Below are positions 10,278 through 21,939 of a DNA stretch of 64,000 bases, in pieces. The DNA is from Mobula hypostoma (Eukaryota). The translations under genes and the position numbers were made by a program. Within the stretch, counting starts at the first letter, position 1. Each line of letters begins with the position of its first letter. The stretch is taken from contig NC_086097.1 of the NCBI RefSeq assembly GCF_963921235.1, positions 166,472,001-166,536,000 on the forward strand, read 5' to 3'. The notes under the pieces were generated by a model. That model ran no database searches. It was not told where the DNA came from and worked only from the letters and a program-made list of their open reading frames with translations.

Positions 10278-11040
10278 TCACAAACACCACACTATACTAC
10301 ATGTGAAGTGCAAAACTATGATACCCAGTACAAAAAGCCCAATAGTCACTACCCAGTGTGCTACAGTTGTCCACCAACCTCCTGGTGCCCCAAAACACCA
10401 CCAGCTTCCCCCTGGAATGTAACAGCAATGGAACTGGTTCGCCACTTTATTAATCTTATTCACCGACTGTTGGAGGTGATCAATCAGGTGAGTGATGTTC
10501 CCCTATGCATCAGGAATGTTGTGAAGCATGCTTGACGGTTAACAGCACAAGTAACACCATTCTCTGTGGGCAGGCCACCCAATTCTGCAAGGTAACTATA
10601 CTAGCCATACCATACTGGAGAAAGGCTATTATCCAAAACCTTAAACACGAGGAAATCTGCAGGTGCTGGAAATTCAAGCAACACACACAAAATGCTGGTG
10701 CAACACAGCAGGCCAGACAGCATCCTTGGGAAGAAGCACAGTCGACATTTCGGGCCGAGACCCTTTGTCACGAAGGGTCTCGACCCGAAACATCGACTGT
10801 GCTTCTTCCTATGGATGCTGTCTGGCCTGCTGCATTCCACTATCCAAAACCTTTCTGCCTCTGTGATAATCCTCTTACAACGCTGACCATCATGGTCAGC
10901 GTGTTCATCCAGGGGACTGGGATGGTGTTGTAGGGTATTGTAATTGGTGGAAACAGACATAATTCACAACCACCGACATTGAGTTGGGGTTCACTGATGT
11001 GATGCTGAAAACTCACCTTTAACAGACTTTTGGACACCAA
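10278..11040 (-). pseudogene. env: Retroviral envelope (gamma-type TM) remnant
   Basis: After removing the 10643-10853 insertion: furin site RCKR (10882-10871), fusion peptide IITEAERFWIIAFLQYGMA, ISD-like VTLQNWVA (10596-10573), ENGVTCAVNRQACF (degenerate CX6CC), IPD..NITHLI, Trp-rich membrane-proximal region and hydrophobic anchor WVVTIGLFVLGIIVL. Confidence 0.78.
10643..10840. mobile_element. Fold-back mini Penelope-like insertion with 13-bp TSD
   Basis: TSD tatccaaaacctt at 10630-10642 and 10841-10853. Inverted arms 10706-10768 and 10770-10832 (63 bp, 6 mismatches), with the axis inside the hammerhead core. Confidence 0.87.
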
Positions 11041-11049
11041 ACAGTTGCT

Positions 11050-12995
11050 CTCCTTGCCTGGCCCTGGCTATGCTAAGTTGTTAGAGCAAATGGACCTCAT
11101 GCCCTCTCTCCTGGAAAGTCACCATCAGTGATTTATTTTTAAAGAACTCTCCATGCATGCTAAGAAGTGCCAACCACCTTACAGCTTCGACAGTGCCGGC
11201 TCATCGGGACATTGGGAGTCTGTGAACGCCGTGGGTTCCAGCTGCCAGGGCTGTCTACTGTTCATTACAGACACCCTTTCAGGGCGATGCTTTCTATGTG
11301 ACATGGGTGCTCGAGTGAATGTGCTGCCAGATGAAACCTCGCTGGAAGCCACCAATAGCAGCAAGATCCAGACTTATGGGACACGACAGATGACACTCTG
11401 CTTCAGTGGGTGACGGATCACATAAGCCTTTGTTTTTGGCTAAAGTGGTTAGACCTCTGCTCAGTGCAGATTTCCTGCCAAGGACTATTAGTCAGTCTTA
11501 ACAACTGACAGCTTATGGATGTTAACGACTTTGGGTTGTTGCCTTGCTCCCCCAGTAATGACTCTGTCAAGCGCGTGCACCACTGTATGTAAGTGTACTT
11601 GACTGCTGGGTGCATTTTCAAACCTCACCAAGACCACATTCTCCACTACAGTCACAAAACATGGGATCAAACGCCACAGTTCTACAATCGGACCACCAGT
11701 CCATGCCTGTGCAAGTAGACTGGACCCAGAAAAGCTGGCGACCGCAAAGGCTGGGTTTGCCAACATGGAAGGACTTGGCATTGTATACCAGTCGAGCAGC
11801 CCCAGGGCTTTGCCCCTCTATATAGTCCAGTGGTGGTTGTCGAATCTTTCACGAGATCACCACCGCTATTATTACCCGGTTTCACACATCCAAGACTTTT
11901 CAGCACATTTAGCTGGAAAGTTAATTTTTTCCAAAGTTGATCTGGTTAGGGGCTATCAGTTAGGGGCTTGGAGGACATGCCCAAAGCAGCTGTGACAACC
12001 CCACTGGCTTTTCTGAGTTTCTGCGCATACCGTTTGGGCTGAAAAATGCAGCACAGACCTTCCAACGGCTGATAGACTCTGTATGAAAAAGCTGAAGGTT
12101 TTCTTTTTGTTTACAGAGATGACATACTTGTCACTAGTGCATCCCCATTCAAACACGTATCTCATCTCTGCATATTTTTCAATCACTTAAACCAACAAGC
12201 GTTGATTTATAACTCTGCTAAATGCCCATTTGGGTTGTCAACTATTGACTTTCTAAGCCAGCACATCTCCACAGAAGGTGCGAAACCCCTTTGATCAGAA
12301 GTAGCCGCTTTGATGGTTTTCCCACCGCCTCGCACTATTAAAAACCTATAAGGGTATTTGGGCATGGTGAGTTTCTATCACCACTTCATTCCATGAGTTT
12401 CTGAGCTTCTGTTACCTAAAGGCAAACACCTAATCAAGTGCTTGACTGGTCAATGGACATGATCAGGGCATTTGATAATACCAAACAAGCTCCTTCCAAC
12501 GCAACCCTACTGGAGCCCAATTACGACTGACGCTTCAGACTATGCTGTGGGTGCTGTGCTCATCAGAGGCATGTGGCAGCCGCTCTCCTTCTTCAGACAG
12601 TAGCTCCACCACCCCCGGCGAAAGGAAGTTTACTGTGAGCTTCTTGGCTGTTTGCCATCTTTATTTTCTTCTTGAGGGCGGCCATTTCCCAGTGCTCATT
12701 GACCACACACCCCTTGTGCATGTGATGGCCAAAATATCAGACCCCTGGTCCACCTGGCCTACATATCCAAGTTCATAACTGATACACAGGATATCAAGAG
12801 GAAAAATAATGTGGTTGATTGCCTGTAACCGCCAGCCACTGAGGCCATACATATAGACATGGACTATGCCGGCATGGCAGCTGACCAAGCTACTGACCCA
12901 GAGGAAGCGCAGTCACGGGCCTGCGGATGGCTGACATTACGCTCGGCAAAGCTGGTCACCTCACCTGGTCATCCTCACCCCATAGTGCCCACAAA
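11050..12995 (+). mobile_element. Decayed Gypsy gag-pol (protease, RT, RNase H), no LTRs seen
   Basis: Protease LFITDTLSGRCFLCDMGARVNVLP; RT YPVSHIQDFSAHLAGKLIFSKVDLVRGY and PFGLKNAAQTFQRL; RNase H TDASDYAVG and DHTPL; many frameshifts. Confidence 0.87.
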
Positions 12996-13717
12996 CTTCA
13001 AATCACAAAGTTATACCTATTTTTATGTCTTGCACTGTACTGGCACAGCAAAACAACAAGCTTCATGGCAGATGCCAGTGATGATAGACCTGCTTCTGAA
13101 ATCTGATGAACTTGATAGAAAGGAAGGTTGCTCAGTTGCCTAGGGTTCTGCCATGCCTTTTACCATGATGTAAGACACGACTAATGTCTTACTTAGCACA
13201 TCCAGTGACAGCACCATCTGCATTTTGCTCAGGATTATAAATGTTTCAGTGAAGACACAAAGCCTGACTACCTAGCAGATAACTTCCAGCACCATATATG
13301 AGCATTTGAGAGTCACACTAGGCATATCTTGGCATTTTAAAAATTTATGGCTGACCACACTCAGAATGTGGTTCAAATGAAGTCAGACTACTTACTGGAG
13401 TTTCAGTCAAATTCCAAATCTGCTTCTTGAAATACACAACATATTTCACATTGACACATGTTCAGCAGAAACAGAAAAATGGCAGAGGAAATATAATGAG
13501 CTGGCAGGAGACTTGGTTGAAGTTGGAATCAGGCAAGTCATCTCATTGAAGTCAGTAGCAAAGATTTTTTCCCCCCGAAACCAACACTTAATCAAACTGA
13601 CAGCTGATTTTCTATGAAAAAAAACAACATGGTCCTTCCTAGCGTGTGGCACCAGACAGTCAGCTATATTTGTCTGGCGCGTAGTGTCAAGATTGGTCTC
13701 CTTTCAGATTAACCGGG

Positions 13718-13905
13718 TCATGACATGAACGTTCCTGACTCAACCCTTGTTTTTTTACAAGGCCGAGTGGCTAGCTTGATTCTCCGCCCAGCACGGATGG
13801 AAAGCGTGGTCGGGGGTGGGGGGGGGGGGTGGCTCGACTTGGATTCAAACTCGGGAGCCTTCGCTCCGAAGTCCGGCGCTGATGCCACTGCACCACCAGC
13901 CAGCC
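13718..13905 (-). mobile_element. tRNA-derived SINE (short or truncated)
   Basis: Minus strand ggctggctggtggtgcagtggcatcagcgccggac...gagtttgaatcc carries A and B boxes. Confidence 0.7.
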
Positions 13906-14019
13906 AACAACATGGGACTGGCATGTGAGTTAAAAAAGAGGATTAAAAACAGAGTGATAATAATACTCAGTAAGGTCAGGCATTTTTTGCTAGTGAAAAA
14001 CTATTAACTTTAAACATTA

Positions 14020-14187
14020 TACGAGGAAATCTGCAGATGCTAGAAATTCAAGCAACACACACAAAAAATAAATGCTAGTGAACGCAGCAGGTCGGGCAGC
14101 ATCTATAGGAAGAGGTACAGTCAACGTTTCGGGCTGGGACCCTACATCAGGACTAACTGAAAGAAGATATAATAAGAGATTTGAATG
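14020..14187 (-). mobile_element. Penelope-like 3' terminal fragment with mutated hammerhead
   Basis: acgaggaaatctgcagatgc...agtcaacgtttcgggctgggaccctacatcaggact; homologous to 20945-21110. Confidence 0.82.
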
Positions 14188-14194
14188 TGGATAA

Positions 14195-14828
14195 ACTTTT
14201 CCCTCGGGAGGAGAGAGAGCAGCGCGTTGCGCGTGCGCAGCCCTCCGGTGAAAAATGATATCGTATCCGTTAAATAGGGGCCGTGGACAATTTCTGATTT
14301 GATGGAGATGGACGTGAAAGCACAGAGGAACATCTGGAAAAATTTCTGAAACACCAGTTCACTGCTGTTGTTACTGCGTGATTGGGAATCTTTTGGAGGG
14401 AAGGCCTCAAAATCCCCGGCTTTGCCTGCTGTTGGTGACTGAGATTCAGGTTGAATCATTTGGATAGAGATGGCGCTCAGTACTCGGTGTCGGGAGAGCT
14501 GATCGGAGGCTCGAAGTTTTCAGATGACTCAGAGTTGGACCGTGGTCGGGTATGGCAGGGAGAGTTTTTCTTCCTTCTCCCGTCTGCATGAGATGTGGGA
14601 CATTTGAGTGACTATGAACTTTTTACTGTGCTCAGGGACTTCTTCATCAAGTTATGGTATTGTTGCAGTGTTGTAACTATATGTTATAATTATGTGGTTT
14701 TGTTAGTTTTTTCAGTCTTGGTCTGTCCTGCGTTTTGTGATATCACACCGGAGGAAATATTGTATCATTTCTTAATGCATGCATTACTAAATGACAATAA
14801 TAGAGGACTGCGTGTCTTCATAATCTAA
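14195..14828 (+). mobile_element. Non-coding, non-autonomous retroposon with Rex1-like 3' tail
   Basis: CpG-rich head and no recognisable ORF. The 3' end ccggaggaaatattgtatcatttc...atgacaataa...taatctaa resembles the Rex-type 3' UTR at 27930-28000. Confidence 0.5.
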
Positions 14829-15084
14829 CTTTAAACATTAAGTAGTGATGAAATTCTGCTGCATGGTCAATAACTTGAATGGATTCTGACTATCTTCCAG
14901 CTGATGATACCTGATGTGCTGAGTTTTTCCAACATTTTCTGTTTTAACAACAAGCCATTTTCTGGAGAAACTATGGGAGGAATGGAATTCTCGAATTTTC
15001 AGTTCAAAACATCAGTCTTGTTCGTTGCTCCAGATTCTATCATCCGCAGAATTAGAATCAAGTTTATTATCACTCATTTATATA

Positions 15085-16694
15085 CAGGTTTCCCCCGCCA
15101 TCCGAAGGTAGAGCATTCCTATGAAATGGTTCGTAAGCCGAAATGTCGTAAAGCGAAGAAGCAATTACCATTTATTTATATGGGAAAATTTTGTGAGCGT
15201 TCGCAGGCCCAAAAATAATCTAACAAATCATGCCAAATAACACGTAAAACCTAAAATAACAGTAACATATAGTAAAAGCAGGAATGATATGGTAAATACA
15301 CAGCCCATATAAAGTAGAAATACTTCTCTACAACGATTGCCTGCACAGATCTCTGTAGCGAAAATCTCACGCAAGCGCTCTCGGCAGAAAATCTCACACA
15401 AGCGCTGTTGGCATAAACGCGCTCTCCAGTAACCTTTAAGCTATGAAGCTGCCAAATCTACCAAATAACACATAAAAATACACAGTCTATATAAAGTAGA
15501 AATAATGTATGTACAGTGTAGTATCACTTACGGAATCAGGAAGACAACTTGCCGAGTAAACTGATGATGGTGTGTTAGACTAAGTCGTCGCAGGCTGGGT
15601 AGTGCAGTGGAGCCCACCCTCTGGGCCGCTGACCCAATACATTGCCGCGAAGAACACAGCAGTAGCCGGGAGGCACACAGCACATCTTTAAGAAAAAAGC
15701 CGAAATAAACATGCTAATTAATTAGGTGCCGCCGACACGTAATTGTCGGCCTAGATCAGAGACGACGCAATCGGAAATCGGCACTGATCTGGGCTGACAA
15801 TTACGTGTCGGTTGCACCTAATTAATTAGCTTGTTTATTTCAGCTTTTTTCTTAAAGATGTGCTGTGTGCCTCCCGGCTACTGCTGCATTCTCCGCGAAT
15901 CGATACAGTACCTGTCCGGGGCCCGGGTGTTGGGGTGGTGGGACACGGGGGTGTCATCTCATCATCGATCCCGGCAGACAGCTCATCTTCTCCTATGACT
16001 GCCCGCCTCGATGTTGAAGATTGAGGTTCGTCGTCTGCTGTGGCTGATGTGGAGGACTTGCTTGACTGCTGAGCCTTGCGCATTTTTCTATCATACAGTT
16101 GTTTGTAAGGACTCAAACCATCCTGCAAATATCCCCTAAACCTACATACCCTTTCAAAATTAAAGTCGTACTCTATCATTGCAGCGAAAATCTCACGCAG
16201 TCACTTTCAGTCCGTTCGCTACTGCATTCAGTTTTGATTGTTATCCTTTCCTCTTCCAATTGCATCAGCTCTTCATCTATCAGTTCTTGGTCATGGGATG
16301 CCAAGACCTCTTCAACATCATCTTCGTCAGCTTCCACAAGCCAAACTCACTTTGTCCTTGCTTCGTTCACCACGATCAAAACGCTTAATTATGTCTAGTT
16401 TTACCCTAAATGTAACACCCTTACGAGATCTTTTAGGCTTTTCCAATACCTCAGAACTCATCTTGCTAACGGCTGCTAACAGGCACGTGTTTAAGCAATG
16501 CTGTTCCGAATCCGGGGGCAGAGCGGCTGCTCAGGACGCGAGCTGCCTTTTATCGCGTGCCGATTTTTTATCGCGCGTTGCCTTTCTTTGTAACAGTGAA
16601 AACACCTTCTGAAAGTGAAAACAGGGTACTAATGTAGGTCTTTTGTAACAGTGAGGTTTCGTAAAGCGAATGTTCGAAAAGCGGGGGACACCTG
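15085..16694 (-). mobile_element. Tigger/pogo-type DNA transposon, internally deleted
   Basis: TIRs caggtttcccccgccatccgaa and reverse-complemented caggtgtcccccgcttttcgaa, TA duplication at 15083-84 and 16695-96, transposase C-terminal remnant on the minus strand (ORF 15835-16179). Confidence 0.9.
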
Positions 16695-16843
16695 TAGTAT
16701 GAAGTTTGCTGTTTTCACCAGCAAAGACAGAAACAGTCTTTTGATTTTCCTTTTATGATTCTATTACATATTATAATCTAAAGTTTTTGCTCTGCTGTTC
16801 TTCATGGATGTCACTTTTTCTCTTGAGTATTTTCAGTGATGTT

Positions 16844-16961
16844 AACAACAGGAATTCTGCAGATGCTGGAAATTCAAGCAACACACATCAAAGTTGCTGG
16901 TGAATGCAGCAGGCCAGGCAGCATCTCTAGGAAGAGGTACAGTCGACGTTTCAGGCTGAGA
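16844..16961 (-). mobile_element. Penelope-like 3' terminal fragment
   Basis: Nearly identical to 20946-21064; it ends inside hammerhead stem II. Confidence 0.85.
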
Positions 16962-17184
16962 CTAGACAGGCAATGTGCATGTCCATTTGATCTGCCCACA
17001 GTACATACATGAATTTTTGCTGCCTCCTCAATACCCATTATTAAGATTAACTGTACTTTCCCTAGCTTTGCACTGTATTTGTCCACCCACACTGCCCTTT
17101 CCATGTGACATCATGCAACACTATATTCTGCATTCTGACTTCCTTTTTCTTTTTGATGTAATTATGGGATGACTTGCCTGGATA

Positions 17185-18072
17185 GTTTTGAGGAAATAGA
17201 GAGTCTATGGAAAGATTAATACAGATTAGGAGAATGGGCAAAGAAATGGCTGATGAAATACAGAGTCAGGAAGTGTGTTGTCATGCACTTTAGTAGAAGA
17301 AATGAAAGGGTTGACTATTTTCTAAATGGAGTGAAAATACAAAAAAGCTGAGGTTCAAAATGACTTGGGAGTACTTGTGCAGGATTGCCTAAAATTTAAT
17401 TTGCAGGTTGAGTCTGCGATGAGGAAGGCAATGTGATGTTAGCATTCATTTCAGGAAGACTAGAATATAAAAGCAAGGACGTAATGTTAAGATTTTATGA
17501 AACACCGTTAAGGCCTCATTTGAAGTATTTTGAGCAATCTTGAGTCCCTTATCTTGGATGTGCTGAAACTGGAAAGGGTTCAAAGGAGATTCACAAAAAT
17601 GATTTAAAAATTTAATGGCTTGTTATATGAAGAGCGTTTGATGGCTCTGGGCCTATATTCACTGGAATTTATAAGAATGAGAGGTGTCCTAATAGAATCC
17701 TGTGGAACTGTGAAAGGCCTTGATGGAGAGGATGTGGAGGGGATGTTTCTTTTGGTGGGAGAGTCCAAGACTAGAAGACACAACCTCAGAATAGAAGGGC
17801 TTCCTTTTAGAAGGAGATGAAGAGGAATTTCTTTAGCCAGAGAGTGGTGTGTCTGTGGATTTCTTTGCCACAGGCAGCTGTGGAGGTCAAGTCTTTATGT
17901 ATATTTAAGGGAGAAGTTAATAGATTCTTGATTGTCCGGGGTATGATGGGATACAGAAAGAAGGCAGGAGACTGGGGCTGAGAGGAAATTTGGATTAGCC
18001 ATGATGAGTTAGCAGAGCAGACTCAATGGGTGAAATGGCCTAATTCTGCTCCTATATCTTATGGCCTTATAT
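17185..18072 (+). mobile_element. CR1 LINE 3' portion
   Basis: YEERLMALGLYSLEFIRMRG...TRRHNLRI, with a CR1 3' UTR ending cttatggccttatatgg. Confidence 0.85.
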
Positions 18073-18479
18073 GGAATAGGAAATCTTGGCTGGGCTGATG
18101 AGGAGAAGAGTGATCAGTCTGACTGCAGCAGTAGGAGGAAATAATGTGAGGGATTACAAACTAAAAAAGGGAAGCAGTGCAGAAAAGAACAGAAGATTCT
18201 AATTCGTTTATTGGATATACACCAGGGGTGCAATAAAATTCCTTGCTTATGTGAAGCTTGCAGATTACAAAGCATCATGATAATAATAAATGCAATAAAT
18301 ACAGCAATGAGTGCAAAGTAACACATTGGTTCAATCGGCGTAGAGTAATCAGAAGAAGTGCAAGAAGAAATATAAGTGACAATAATGGAATAATTGAGAG
18401 GGACTATTAAGAGTTTGAGAATGTAGTTGAAAATTTGAAGAAGGGGATGTGAAAGAGGTGATAGGTTCAGAAAGAGACA

Positions 18480-18685
18480 CAAGAGGTTTTGGATGCTGGA
18501 AAATGGAGCAACACACAAAATGCTGGAAAGTCTTGGCAAGATAGGCAAAATCTATCGACTGAAATGAACAGCTGACATTTCAGGTCAAGACCTTGCATAA
18601 GGACTCAACAAAAATCAGTCCAGGTGAAAAATCTTGACTGAAAACATTGACTGTTTATTTCCCCCTATAGATACTGCCTGAACGG
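18480..18685. mobile_element. Old fold-back Penelope-like fragment
   Basis: Inverted degenerate hammerhead remnants cagctgacatttcaggtcaagaccttgcataaggact and agtccaggtgaaaaatcttgactgaaaacattgactg. Confidence 0.55.
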
Positions 18686-20944
18686 CCAATCAGTTTGTAA
18701 ATCTGATAGCAGCGAGAAAGAATTTGTTCTTGAGTCTGGTTGCCTGGGCTTTCAAAATCCTGTACCTTCTTCCACAGGGTGTGACAGAGAAAAGAGAATG
18801 GCCAGGGTGGCAGGCATCATTGTTAATCTTCAGGAAGCAATGCAAAAAAGAAAGACTAGTATTTTAGTAGACTTTCACATTCCTTTAAGGATGACCCAGT
18901 CAATTGAGCTTCTGTGCAAGTTGAACATGTGGTGTTGCAGTCCAATTTGTCAATTGTGACATTAAATCAGGCTCACATGATGACTGACATGATAATCCAT
19001 CAACTCAAAGGACTTTTGGTGTATGAGATCCTCAGACATTCCAGCACACTTCCTAACATGGCATATGGTGTGAATCATGTTGCAAATAAAATGCCAAGAA
19101 TGACAAATTGGCTGGCCCAATACAAGCTAAGTTGGCTCCATAGAAAATGCTGGAAGCCTAGAGTATTTTCAGATCCAAGTTCAAAAGAGGACTACATAAA
19201 TTGATATCCACTCACAGGCATCCTTGACCACACTACAAATGACTAATCATAACAGAATAAACTATGCATGATGGAGTGGTGGAGTTCTGGACCAAACACC
19301 CATTGTTTGATTAATGATTCTTCTGCATTCTGAAGCCTTTTCATTAAAAATCTACATCTCTGAATAGCAAAAAGAGCTTCCTACCTCATATATTTCTAGT
19401 AAGTCATTTTAAAACATATCTGTAAGCTGTTTGGGTGGTGTGATGGATCAAACTGCTTGCATTCCCTATTTCAATGGTACACTCATTCTTTTCCATTGTC
19501 AACCTGTATATGAACTACAGCATCAATGGAGCTAACCCAAGGCAATGATTCACACTCAAACTGACCTCCATGTTTGAAAATTGTTGTGTATGTGACCTGG
19601 TTACACAACAATGCTATTAATAAAAACGCTGGAGACAGGAGCTGAGGTTCATGGTTCCTTACTGGCAGAAACCAAACTCGGCACACATGAACAGGTCAAT
19701 ACACGCCTAACAGCACATGCTCAATACGTGCCTAATAGCGCAAGCAACGACGTGTCCCTACAACATAAAGTAGTCCCTTATTATACAGTAGGCCATACAG
19801 TACAACAACATTTTTAAATAATCATTGCAAGAATCACTTCAGAATCAACTTTACATAACTAAAAACAGATCTAAGATTTCACATGTGAAATGCCAGAGAA
19901 AATAAATAGCATTGTACAGATGAAAGCATGAGTGAACATGGAACATAAAATATAGCAAACCTGCCACACAAAACAGGCCCTTTGGCCCACAATGCTGTGC
20001 CAAACATGTACTTACTTTAGAAATTATCTAGGGTCATGTTTGTCTTGATGCTGGGTTTCAACCCGAAACGTCAACAAATCCTTTCCTCCTGGAGATGCTG
20101 CTCAATCCACAGAGATCCTCCAGCAGATTGTTTGTTGTATGGATGAAAATTGTTTTGAGATAGCATTAACCAATTTTGAATGTTTCGGGGACAGTTAGCT
20201 CCAGCACTTACATCATAAGGACACTTTGTTTAACCTAATGCTATTATTACAGTGTTCAGCTCCCCTCAATTAGCATCAATTGCAGTGTAACACCCACAAT
20301 TTGCTTCTGGCAAGATTCTGCTGACTAGAGCAGCAGAAAAATCTGTCCCTTAACATTATATTTAAGATAATTGAGGCTTATGTTCTTCACTACTGTTTAC
20401 ATGTAAATACCACTGCAATTTCAGTCAAGGGTCGATAACTCTCTTGTGGGAGAATCCAAAAATTGGGTCATAGTTTAAAAATGAAATATTACCCATTTAA
20501 GATGGGAATGAGTCTTGTTATTTTTTTTCTCTTAGAGGGTCAGAGGTCCTTCAAAATCTCTTGTTCAAGGAGAAAAGCAAGCAGAGTACTTTAATATTAT
20601 GAAAGCAGAAGTAGATAGATACTTGATAAGTAAGCAGATGACTAGTTACCATGGAGAAAGAATTGCAGAATTGTGATTACAATTGGATCTGCCCTGACTT
20701 TATTAAAGGCAGAACAGTGCGGGTAGCTTGCTCCTGCTCTTAACTTGTATGTTTGTATAAAATCCAAGAGTTACAAGCAGAGCAATTTTACAAAACTGAG
20801 TCTGCACTAGTTGGCTTATGAAACATCACAGGACTCCTATTCTTGCATGGTAAGATGTGAACTAAAGCTGCAAAATATCATTTTGTTTGTATAAGTACCT
20901 TTTTACAGGTTACTTTGAATAAAAATGAACAAAGAATAAAGGGT

Positions 20945-21855
20945 AAACAACAGGAATTCTGCAGATGCTGGAAATTCAAGCAACATACATCAAAGTTGCT
21001 GGTGAACGCAGCAGGCCAAGCAGCATCTATAGGAAGAGGCGCAGTCGACGTTTCAGGCCGAGACCCTTCGTCAGGACTAACTGAAGGAAGAGTGAGTAAG
21101 GGATTTGAAAGCTGGAGGAGGAGGGGGAGATGCAAAATGATAGGAGAAGACAGGAGGGGGAGGGATAGAGCCGAGAGCTGGACAGGTGATTGGCAAAAGG
21201 GGATACGAGAGGATCATGGGACAGGAGGTCCGGGAAGAAAGACAAGGGGGGGGGTGACCCAGAGGATGGGCAAGAGGTATATTCAGAGGCACAGAGGGAG
21301 AAAAAGGAGAGTGAGAGAAAGAATGTGTGCATAAAAATGAGTAACAGATGGGGTACGAGGGGGAGGTGGGGCCTTAGCGGAAGTTAGAGAAGTCGATGTT
21401 CATGCCATCAGGTTGGAGGCTACCTAGACGGAATATAAGGTGTTGTTCCTCCAACCTGAGTGTGGCTTCATCTTTACAGTAGAGGAGGCCGTGGCTAGAC
21501 ATGTCAGAATGGGAATGGGATGTGGAATTAAAATGTGTGGCCACTGGGAGATCCTGCTTTCTCTGGCGGACAGAGCGCAGATGTTCAGCAAAGCGGTCTC
21601 CCAGTCTGCGTCGGGTCTCACCAATATATAAAAGGCCACATCGGGAGCACCGGACGCAGTATATCACCCCAGTCGACTCACAGGTGAAGTGATGCCTCAC
21701 CTGGAAGGACTGTTTGGGGCCCTGAATGGTGGTAAGGGAGGAAGTGTAAGGGCAGGTGTAGCACTTGTTCCGCTTACACGGATAAGTGCCAGGAGGGAGA
21801 TCAGTGGGGAGGGATGGGGGGGACGAATGGACAAGGGAGTTGTGTAGGGAGCGAT
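20945..21855 (-). mobile_element. Penelope-like element, 5' truncated, with GIY-YIG endonuclease and 3' repeat
   Basis: ORF 21374-21898 FTCESTGVIYCVRCSRCGLLYIGETRRRLGDRFAEHLRSV...QPDGMN. 14-bp TSD aaagaataaagggt at 20931-20944 and 21878-21891. Confidence 0.93.
21043..21078 (-). ncRNA. Minimal type I hammerhead ribozyme motif in PLE 3' repeat
   Basis: Minus strand AGUC-CUGACGA-AGGGUCUCGGCCU-GAAAC-GUC/GACU: stem I AGUC/GACU, intact CUGANGA and GAAA boxes, GUC triplet. Predicted cleavage between 21047 and 21046. Confidence 0.78.
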
Positions 21856-21939
21856 AATAAAGGGTAATAAGGATAATAAAGAATAAAGGGTCATTCATTC
21901 AGGGTTAATTGTTGATGGAAAATGAAACAAGAGGTTTTA

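Noticed and set aside
10278..12995. env and the adjacent Gypsy gag-pol as one env-bearing Gypsy element
   Set aside because: They are on opposite strands and diverge from each other, so they are separate insertions.
19582..19810. Possible short solo LTR (tgttgt...acaaca)
   Set aside because: No matching TSD and no supporting internal sequence.
20878..21387. Overlapping ORFs on both strands of the PLE terminal repeat (also 23446-23876 and 56294-56611)
   Set aside because: By-products of a purine-rich low-complexity tract and palindromic sequence; no protein family signal.
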